Assembly: GCA_048884785.1 (NCBI GenBank)
Contig: JBHLQM010000084.1
Coordinates: 1 to 10,589 of the forward strand
Reading direction: 5' to 3'
Length of the DNA: 10,589 bases
Source: Candidatus Thorarchaeota archaeon
Lineage (GTDB): Archaea > Asgardarchaeota > Thorarchaeia > Thorarchaeales > Thorarchaeaceae
Every line of letters begins with the position of its first letter. Within the stretch, counting starts at the first letter, position 1. This document shows positions 1-7,400 of the stretch, piece by piece. The position numbers were made by a program, and so were the translations under genes. The notes below the pieces were generated by a model, which was not told the DNA's origin, did no database searches, and saw only the letters and a list, made by a program, of their open reading frames with translations.

Positions 1-354
1 TTGAGGAACTGTTTCATTTGCAGCTACATGTACTCCACTAAACTCACCGCTGGTACCATCTACGTGGATAATTGGCGGATTGTTCAGATTTGGATCTGTT
101 AAAATCTCACCTGTTATAACACCAGACGAGTCAAACACAGCCAACCAACCAGGCATGAGATATGCAGGAGCAACCTTCGAACTAGGCGTTGGATCGTGTG
201 TAATTAATGATGGAGCAAATACTGCCATTCCTACAAAGATAAGAATCAGGCTTAATCCGACTAATCCAACTCTATGTTTGCGATATTCTCTCCAAAAACC
301 AGTGATACTAACGTACCAATTACTATCTCTCCAACCCTTGTGGACCTCGGACAT
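1..354 (-). CDS. dppC: Peptide/nickel ABC transporter permease, DppC/OppC type (5' part only; runs off the left edge)
   Basis: Manual translation of the reverse complement from ATG at 354 is open for 118 codons to base 1: MSEVHKGWRDSNWYVSITGFWREYRKHRVGLVGLSLILIFVGMAVFAPSLITHDPTPSSKVAPAYLMPGW...VAANETVPQ. FWREYRKHRVGLVGLSLILIFVGMAVFAP matches the OppC N-terminal amphipathic helix plus TM1 pattern. GGAGGATGATAG precedes the ATG. DppD/DppF genes are nearby. Confidence 0.85.
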   Translation of the reverse strand, partial: MSEVHKGWRDSNWYVSITGFWREYRKHRVGLVGLSLILIFVGMAVFAPSLITHDPTPSSKVAPAYLMPGWLAVFDSSGVITGEILTDPNLNNPPIIHVDGTSGEFSGVHVAANETVPQ

Positions 355-388
355 CTATCATCCTCCGTTCGATAAACTTGCCAAGCTC

Positions 389-416
389 TCATGAAGTAGT
401 TAAGACTCATTCATGA
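389..416. promoter_or_regulatory. 28-bp dyad (candidate operator) upstream of the permease
   Basis: TCATGAA (389-395) and TTCATGA (410-416) are perfect inverted arms, with an inner AGT/ACT pair on the same axis. It lies 35-62 nt upstream of the permease ATG and is centred on a TTAA element. Confidence 0.4.
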
Positions 417-470
417 TAGTAGCGAAGTCATCTTACTTCACATAATTATTGATGAGCTCGAAAGTGTACC

Positions 471-499
471 TAAAAAAGGAATTGGTTCGGGTACCCGAA
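471..499 (-). terminator. Probable terminator of the 107-aa gene (palindrome plus T tract)
   Basis: Perfect 14-bp palindrome TTCGGGTACCCGAA (486-499), followed on the minus strand by CCAATTCCTTTTTT. It starts about 47 nt after the TAA at 546. Confidence 0.5.
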
Positions 500-545
500 T
501 ATTTTCTTGGCAGAATGTTAACATATAGCATCTGTTCAAAGAAGA

Positions 546-869
546 TTACTCTTCATCATATGTCTCTTCAAATGGATCTTCGATGGGAGGAATATCAATG
601 TCCTCATCAGGGACCTCCTTGAGTTCCTCTTGACGCTCTTTTATGTACTGTTGAGTTCGACGATGTGAAGACCATAGGTCTGCGTATACAGCCCCTACTA
701 GGAATGTGGTAAGTGCTCCTGTCAATGCGATTATAGTTCCAAGGAATTGGAGGAAATAAACAAAGGTCATAGCCCATCCTCCAAACATCAGAATGAACGG
801 AACTAACAGAATACGTTTCGGGGGTTTATTTCGAGTTCTTGGAAAAGCCCTTACGGTCATTCTTGACAT
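546..869 (-). CDS. Small hypothetical membrane protein (2 TM helices, basic N-terminus, acidic C-terminal tail)
   Basis: 107 aa. R/K-rich N-terminus, two adjacent hydrophobic stretches (ILLVPFILMFGGWAMTFVYF; FLGTIIALTGALTTFLVGAVYA), a short charged helix and a D/E/P-rich tail. It fills an otherwise empty gap and is followed by a terminator-like element. Confidence 0.7.
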   Translation of the reverse strand: MSRMTVRAFPRTRNKPPKRILLVPFILMFGGWAMTFVYFLQFLGTIIALTGALTTFLVGAVYADLWSSHRRTQQYIKERQEELKEVPDEDIDIPPIEDPFEETYDEE

Positions 870-1035
870 CTTTTACCACAGACTAACAAGTGTAGGAGTA
901 CCTTTTACTCTTTCTAATTGGGCTACATATTTGATTGAATGCGGATACACATTAAGCAGAAACCGGATTTCACAATTCTGGTACATTAACCATCTTACAA
1001 GTGAAGCTATGAGTCAACATCGATGGAATAATGAC

Positions 1036-1056
1036 TTTGAAAGCAACATATTTAAG
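1036..1056 (+). promoter_or_regulatory. Candidate archaeal BRE/TATA promoter for dppDF
   Basis: TTGAAAGCAACATATTTAAG: a purine-rich block followed by TATTTAAG, about 85-90 nt upstream of the likely ATG at 1141. Confidence 0.35.
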
Positions 1057-1140
1057 CCGACCTCATGGCAACGATAGCCTAAGAAGGACGAGGCCCATGC
1101 CTTGCCCAGAGTCACTATTGGCTCGATGGAGTGTACAATC

Positions 1141-2130
1141 ATGCCCTTGCTGGACATTCGAAATCTTAGGATGTACTACCAAACACAGAAGGGTCTTGTA
1201 AAAGCAGTCGACAACGTTTCCCTGACTCTGGAACCTGGTGAGTCAATTGGACTAGCAGGTGAATCAGGTTGCGGGAAGTCAAGCCTAGCATATTCAATTA
1301 TGCAACTTCTTCCGCCTGCAGCGAACTTAGTCGGTGGAAATGTGTACTTCAAGGGTGAAGACTTAATTCGCAAGACCGCGAAGGAAATGCGCGATATCCG
1401 TTGGAAGAATGTTGCTATTGTCTTCCAAGGCGCAATGAACGCGTTGAATCCTGTCTTTGAGATAGGAGAACAGATTGCTGAAGCTATTCTCATGCATGAG
1501 AATGTGACTGAGGAAGAGGCATTAGACCGCTGTGCAAAGCTCTTTGAGATGGTAGGTCTCGACCCAAGTCGTATTCATAACTATCCTCACGAATTTTCAG
1601 GAGGTATGCGACAGAGAGCTATGATCGCTATGGCTCTTGCATGCAATCCTGATCTCGTTATTGCAGATGAGCCTACTACAGCCCTTGATGTCACAATTCA
1701 AGCGCAAATCTTGAAGCTCATGCAGAAGCTTCAGAAGGATCTTGGTCTTTCACTCATTCTGATTACACATGACCTGAGTGTTATTGCTGAAACCTGTGAT
1801 AAGACCGCAATCATGTACGCCGGAAAAATAGTTGAGCTAGCAGATGTTGTTTCTGTATTCAAGGATCCTATCCACCCATATGCTACTGGTTTAGTAGGTG
1901 CAATTCCTAGTATGGTGAAGGCTGAGCAGAAGAAGCTAACTTCTATTCCAGGATCTCCACCAGATCTTATCTCACCTCCGCCAGGTTGTAGATTCCATCC
2001 TAGATGCCCATATGCTCAAGACATTTGTTCTAAGGAAGACCCATTGCCACTTGAAATAGAGCCTGATAGGTTTGTTTCCTGTCACTTTGCTGAGCAGCTT
2101 AGAGGCGAGATTCAAATAGACTTGGAGTGA
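1141..2130 (+). CDS. dppD: Peptide/nickel ABC transporter ATP-binding protein, DppD/OppD type
   Basis: Walker [10 protein letters not shown]-loop [12 protein letters not shown], signature [12 protein letters not shown], Walker [14 protein letters not shown]-loop ITHD, and a C-terminal HPY domain with GCRFHPRC...C...CHF. Start is placed at ATG 1141 (MPLLDIRNL) rather than TTG 1102 because GGAGTG precedes it. Confidence 0.95.
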   Translation: MPLLDIRNLRMYYQTQKGLVKAVDNVSLTLEPGESIGLAGESGCGKSSLAYSIMQLLPPAANLVGGNVYFKGEDLIRKTAKEMRDIRWKNVAIVFQGAMNALNPVFEIGEQIAEAILMHENVTEEEALDRCAKLFEMVGLDPSRIHNYPHEFSGGMRQRAMIAMALACNPDLVIADEPTTALDVTIQAQILKLMQKLQKDLGLSLILITHDLSVIAETCDKTAIMYAGKIVELADVVSVFKDPIHPYATGLVGAIPSMVKAEQKKLTSIPGSPPDLISPPPGCRFHPRCPYAQDICSKEDPLPLEIEPDRFVSCHFAEQLRGEIQIDLE

Positions 2131-2133
2131 TAG

Positions 2134-3195
2134 ATGTTGACAATAGACGAATCAAGAGTACTGCAGGGTTCAGATGACATCAAAGATGGCGAAACTCTAA
2201 TTTCCGTCAGGAATATGCGAAAATGGTTTGCAGTAAACACAGGTTTTCTATCATCAATGTTGTATAAACAAGAACTATTTGTGAAGGCAGTAGATGGAGT
2301 CAGCTTTGATATTAAGAAAGGAGAAGTACTTGTACTGGCAGGGGAGTCAGGTTGCGGAAAAACCACAACTGGCAGATGTATTCTCCATCTTGAGATTCCG
2401 ACAGACGGAGATGTAATCTATGCTGGCCAAAACCTAGCAACCCTTGACAGGAACGAAATTAAGGAACTTAGGAAGCGAATGCAAATCACATTCCAAGATC
2501 CCTACGAATCACTCAATCCGAAGCAAAGCATTTTCAATATTGTTCAAGAGCCACTGATGGTTCATAAAATACCCCTAACTCCAAGCCAGAGGCGTCAGAG
2601 AGTCCTTGAGGCAATGGAGAGTGTTGCTCTCACACCAGCCGAGGACTACATTGATAGATTTCCTCACGAGCTGTCCGGCGGACAGAGACAAAGAATATCG
2701 GTGGCTAGAGCTCTTATTTTGCACCCCGAGTTTATGGTGGCAGATGAACCAGTTTCGATGCTCGATGTGTCCATTCGTGCGGAAATTCTGAATCTACTGC
2801 TAAACCTACGTGAAGAGCTTGGTCTCACCTACCTGTTTATCACTCATGACCTTGCTGTAGCAACATATATAGCTGATAGAATCGGAATTATGTACCTCGG
2901 GAAGGTTATGGAATTAGGACCAGCCCATGATGTCGCTTTCACTCCAATGCATCCGTATACGAGAGCCTTGATTTCGGCTGTACCCTCTGGAGACCCAACT
3001 GTGAAAAGGCGTATAGAGTCATTGAAGGGAGAGCCTCCGAGTCCTATCAATGTGCCTTCAGGTTGTCGCTTCCATCCCAGATGTCCTTATGCGCAGGAAA
3101 TCTGTGTGAGAGAGGTTCCTGAAGATAGAAACATAGGTGATGGACATATTGTCGCATGCCACTTCGCTGGCGAATTGCCTGAAGTTCAACTTTAA
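2134..3195 (+). CDS. dppF: Peptide/nickel ABC transporter ATP-binding protein, DppF/OppF type
   Basis: VKAVDGVSF, Walker [48 protein letters not shown], and an HPY domain with four conserved Cys. The RBS GGAGTGA overlaps the dppD stop. Confidence 0.95.
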   Translation: MLTIDESRVLQGSDDIKDGETLISVRNMRKWFAVNTGFLSSMLYKQELFVKAVDGVSFDIKKGEVLVLAGESGCGKTTTGRCILHLEIPTDGDVIYAGQNLATLDRNEIKELRKRMQITFQDPYESLNPKQSIFNIVQEPLMVHKIPLTPSQRRQRVLEAMESVALTPAEDYIDRFPHELSGGQRQRISVARALILHPEFMVADEPVSMLDVSIRAEILNLLLNLREELGLTYLFITHDLAVATYIADRIGIMYLGKVMELGPAHDVAFTPMHPYTRALISAVPSGDPTVKRRIESLKGEPPSPINVPSGCRFHPRCPYAQEICVREVPEDRNIGDGHIVACHFAGELPEVQL

Positions 3196-3201
3196 AATTG
3201 A

Positions 3202-3235
3202 AATTACGGGTGATTCCCTTGGAACGCCCGTAATT
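3202..3235 (+). terminator. Stem-loop directly after dppF (terminator or mRNA-stabilising hairpin)
   Basis: AATTACGGG (3202-3210) pairs perfectly with CCCGTAATT (3227-3235). The stem continues through U.G, G-C, a bulged A and TTCC/GGAA around a CTT loop. No long T tract follows. Confidence 0.55.
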
Positions 3236-3270
3236 GCTTCATTCTATTACATGCGTTCGGCAAAGGTGAA

Positions 3271-3711
3271 ATGATGACAGATACTGCTGACCGACTACGC
3301 ATCTTGCGAGCAATAAGGAAATGCTTGGCAGATGGTGAAGAGTATTTCCAGAAGGCTATGGACATACTTGATGAGATAGGTAAAGGTTCAATCGGTGTAG
3401 GTATGACTCCATTAGTAGGAGGATACGCAATAAAAGATCCAAAAAGCCATTATCGTGGTGCATTGATTGAAATCGACTCAGCTGAAAGGGCACTAGAACC
3501 GCTCATAACTCGATTCAGAGATGGACGAGTTAATGAGTCTCATTTCAAATCAAAAGATGCTATTGTCTTGCTGGGAGATCTTGCTGGTGTAGATTATAAC
3601 TATATTGTGAGAAAACTAGCTGATCAATCAGGTCGAGAGTCCACTTGGTATCGATTGAAAGAACTTAGAGCTAAAATCGAACAACTGCTAGGATTAATTG
3701 CAGATGCCTAG
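3271..3711 (+). CDS. Hypothetical protein, probably a soluble alpha-helical bundle
   Basis: 146-aa ORF with AAGGTGAA directly upstream, amphipathic helical patterning and no competing ORF. No family recognised. Confidence 0.8.
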   Translation: MMTDTADRLRILRAIRKCLADGEEYFQKAMDILDEIGKGSIGVGMTPLVGGYAIKDPKSHYRGALIEIDSAERALEPLITRFRDGRVNESHFKSKDAIVLLGDLAGVDYNYIVRKLADQSGRESTWYRLKELRAKIEQLLGLIADA

Positions 3712-3737
3712 CTCTAATAATCATCCTATCAAACTAG

Positions 3738-3750
3738 GAAAGATAATAAC
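3738..3750 (+). promoter_or_regulatory. Candidate BRE/TATA promoter for the FGase-like/ligase unit
   Basis: GAAAGATAATAAC: a purine-rich block plus an AT-rich box about 55-65 nt upstream of ATG 3804. Confidence 0.3.
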
Positions 3751-3803
3751 GATAGAGCAGAATTGTTGCTTGCCGAGGATAATTCTGAGAGTGGTATGAG
3801 CAT

Positions 3804-4475
3804 ATGTCCAACAGTTTTGAACCGATGAGTATTCTCAAAGAACTTGAACGCGCAGAACACGTTCTCAACAACCTTCTGCATAAACTCTCGAATCTTTACA
3901 CAAATCTCGAGCCGATGGAAAGTGTCCTTAGAGTCAGTGATTTCTCTTCAAGTGGTATGATTGTTCCGGGGTCGATGACTGGGATTGTGTGTGCATTGAC
4001 TGCGGATATTAAAGGTGATCCAATTTACAAGGTCTTAGAATTGCTCAAAGGCAAAGGCCTGAAACTTCCAGCTATCATCAAGGGATCTGATCGAACTGAA
4101 TCAATAGAAACCTGTGATTCAATCATGAAGATTATCAAAGCGCAGTTCAATCAGAAAATAACTCGCTTGCTGGTGAATCTGAGATGGTCATCGCTGCCAC
4201 CTATAATTGAAAATGACAATGTCGTAATTATCGGAACAAGATACATACATGGGAATTCACAAGATATTGCGAGATTTAAAAATAGACTCAAAGAATTGAA
4301 CATAGACGTTTTTGAAGACAACGGCGAATTTGGGGGAGGTTTACTGACATATAAACTGACTACCTTTGCTAGAGAAGTTGATAATGTAATTGTGCTCGAG
4401 CTCACTCTCTCTTCAGCACTTTCGGAAGATGTTTCAATGATGGCAAGGATTTTGGAAGCTATAGCTACGCCTTAG
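3804..4475 (+). CDS. Hypothetical protein with N-terminal helix and degenerate N-formylglutamate amidohydrolase (Zn-exopeptidase)-like domain
   Basis: 223 aa. Motif order RLLVNLRWS / VIIGTRY / EDNGEFGGGLLT / VIVLELTLSSAL parallels the FGase pattern llDcHS / ivlGt.yg / N.pf.GGyiT / vhaiQiEi.r.ly. The CDS itself is well supported; the fold call is by eye. Confidence 0.6.
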   Translation: MSNSFEPMSILKELERAEHVLNNLLHKLSNLYTNLEPMESVLRVSDFSSSGMIVPGSMTGIVCALTADIKGDPIYKVLELLKGKGLKLPAIIKGSDRTESIETCDSIMKIIKAQFNQKITRLLVNLRWSSLPPIIENDNVVIIGTRYIHGNSQDIARFKNRLKELNIDVFEDNGEFGGGLLTYKLTTFAREVDNVIVLELTLSSALSEDVSMMARILEAIATP

Positions 4476-4484
4476 GTGTTCATT

Positions 4485-7400
4485 ATGAGTTCATTCTCAA
4501 ATGCTTCAGAGATGCAATTACCTTTTCCTCATGGAGTAGAGATTGAACTTCAGGTCATTCGCAAGGACGGCACATGGATTCGAGGTGAAGATGTTCTTGA
4601 AATCTTTGACAAGATTGTATCAAGTGCAAAGGGATTGCTGGATAAGAAGATACGAACCTCTTCAGTAGAAACTGTAAGGCAGAAGTATGAGCAATCTTCA
4701 CAAACAGAAGAAGGAGAAAGGGGGTCAAGAATAGTTGCAACATACAAAGATCCAGCAGGAAATCCCAAAGAATACACGCTCCTAGGACATGATCCAAACG
4801 TGGTCAGTCTGACATGGATTTTAGAAGTAGCAACACCGCCATGCACTACGCTTGAAGAACTTGCATGGTGGATTCAAACACTCATAGCAATAACATATGA
4901 ATCTCTACCAAAAGACTCCCAGGCAATTCTCATCTCCACAGGTTTGAATCCAACTCAAGAGTATCTTAGGAATCTGTCCTTTGGGGAACATCACCATATC
5001 CTCAGTGAAGATGTTGATGAAACCATAAAGATTGCTGTGTATAATATGATTCGAAATTTCATCCCACATCTGATTGCTCTGTCTGTAAATTCGCCATTTG
5101 AAAGCAAGAAACCAAGTGATGAAATTAGCATTGATGAAGATGGAATTGTCCGAGCTCCACGCTGTAAGAGATCAATTAGACTCTTTAGAAACACAACACA
5201 GATGGGGCCAACAAATGAGTTTGAATTTATACCCCATATTCGAGTAGCAGATAAAGATGCTTTTGCCAAACATGTCAATAGAAGCTATTCAAGAATGGTT
5301 GACTGTTACCCATTCACAGATTATGGAACTATCGAGCTTAGAGTCTTCGATACACAACTGAGCATCCCAAGAAGAATGGGACTAGCACTAATCCTTCAAG
5401 CTCTAGCTTTGAAAGCAAAACGTATGATTGAGAATGGTGAAGCAATACCTGATGTGGGCGCAAAGTCACTAAGTGCAAACAGAGCCTCTGCTGTGGCGGC
5501 AGGTCTATGGGGACCATTTAGACCAGGAGAGGGTTCCGATGAATATCATACGGTCTATAACCATCAAGTATCTGATGGTGGTAGTGTTGATACCGCAAAA
5601 CGAAACAGATTCCTTGGCGATGCTGTAATATCAATGCTCTATCTTATCCGTGATGAACTTGATGAACTAAAGGTTGTTGAAAATCCATTCATGCAAGCTT
5701 TACTTGTGTCTGTGTTTGGGAGTGAGTACACAAATCCACGAACTACCGAAGCTGATTTTCAACTTGATGTCTATGCTAAATCAGATTACAATATGGTCGT
5801 ATTATTAAAGCGTCTTGCAGAAGTCACAAGAGAATGTAGCACAAATTGGCTTTACGATCCAATAGAGGGAACCCCTCATCTTCCTACTTGGTTATGTTGG
5901 TGGAAAGGACTCGAGCCAGAAATAGTCATAGACACAGACAGAACATTTGCAGGTCAAGAGGCAGAGTTCTCTATCCTAATCCGCAACAGCACGGGAAGGA
6001 ACCTTGATAATCTGACGGTTAAATATTCAGTTGAAGATTCATTAAGAAATACTATAGACAATAATCTTCTTGCAATTGATAGTATTGAAACAGGAGAAAT
6101 ACATGTTTCTCGAGTTGCATTCCCGACTCGAAAGGACACCTCTGCATACAATATTATTATGGAAGTGGGCTTTGCTGGACGCCAAATCAACCTTACAAAT
6201 ACAATTAACATGTACTGGATGAGCGCGTCAGTGCGTCCTGGTACAACAACTCAATTTGCAGATGGAAAAACGCCTGTTCTGTTCAACGGTGAGATTGAAA
6301 CCAATTATGCATCCGACTCACTTGTGAATTGCCAAATCAATATCCTTGCGCCTAATTTGGAGCGAATCATAGTTGGTACTGCAGAGATGCTCAGGGTGGA
6401 TGCTGGGGAAATCACTACGTTTGATAGCTCGTTCTTCCCATCACTCATTATTCCCCCGGATATCGCGGAAGGCGTGGAAAGATGTGTGCTGCAGATACGT
6501 TTGATGAATGAAGAGGGTACTGAGATAGCTGAAAGTACATCAAAGCCCTTCTATGTGGGTTTCGTTAAAAGAGGCCCACAAATCATCTTCGAGTCGGATT
6601 TGAAGAGCAGCTACACACCAGGTGAATTGGTTGTAGGGCATATTGTAGTAAGTGACAGAAATAATACAATTGGACCATCAGCAAGAATGATGGTTGACTA
6701 CTATTCTGAATCCGGGAAAACTACTGATATTGAAACTTTTCAGTATGAGGAATTCATGAAAGGAAGTGCGACCTTTCAGTGGAGAATCCCAAGAGCAGAT
6801 GTCATGCCTCAAATTGAGAGAGTAGGTGTTATCAGAGTACGTGTGATTGAGAGAGGAAATGTCATTACATCGATTGAGTCAGATAGATTCAGTATAGACC
6901 AAGTGACTACTCGAGTCAATCTAGATTCTATGAGAGTTCCTCAGCGTTCTCATATTGGGGGCAAAATATCAGGATGGTTACGCATACGGAGAAACACTGA
7001 ACAGGGAGACCCAGCCTTTCTTACATTATCATTTGTCTTTCCTGATGATGAAGAACATGTTGTTCTTAGACAAGCAGTGAAGCAAAGTAAGAATCTATCC
7101 TTGGCTTTCGGACCACTGACCATCCCAGCCTCAAAAAGAAGCACGAGCCCTAAATCTGTCAAGCTTGTGGCTGTGCTTAGCTATGTAGGTCTAGAGATGG
7201 ATAGACGGTCAACAACCATTGATTTAGTAGGAGGCCCCTCAGCAGATTTTGCGCGGATTGACTTCATTGGACTCCCGAGTTTTACAGTACCAGATCAGAT
7301 GCTTCAAGTGACAATCCAGGTCGAATCTGGTTTGAGAGAAACAATAGATTGCGTTCTTTCAGTGGGACTTGAATCTATTGCGGGCAACTCCATTCTTTTT

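Noticed and set aside
80-394. 104-aa plus-strand ORF
   Set aside because: Antisense shadow of the DppC-type permease on the minus strand; no family features.
793-1077. 94-aa plus-strand ORF
   Set aside because: Overlaps the 107-aa gene head-to-head and covers the divergent promoter region; no RBS or recognisable protein pattern.
1102-1140. TTG-initiated N-terminal extension of dppD
   Set aside because: The family begins at MPLLDIRNL, and the extension contains the GGAGTG RBS for ATG 1141.
2128-2136. dppD and dppF in the same frame joined by TGA TAG ATG (possible Sec/Pyl readthrough fusion)
   Set aside because: It needs two consecutive recoding events. The same TGATAGATG string precedes the permease start at 354 on the other strand, so it is better explained as an RBS/spacer pattern.
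1983-3100. DNA similarity between the 3' ends (and Walker A regions) of dppD and dppF
   Set aside because: Ordinary paralogy of conserved protein motifs ([19 protein letters not shown]), not a DNA repeat. The four-Cys cluster is a known feature of this family.
3202-3235. Hairpin as a SECIS element
   Set aside because: No tandem GA/GA core or archaeal GAA/A loop, and no adjacent gene with an in-frame TGA at a Cys-equivalent site.
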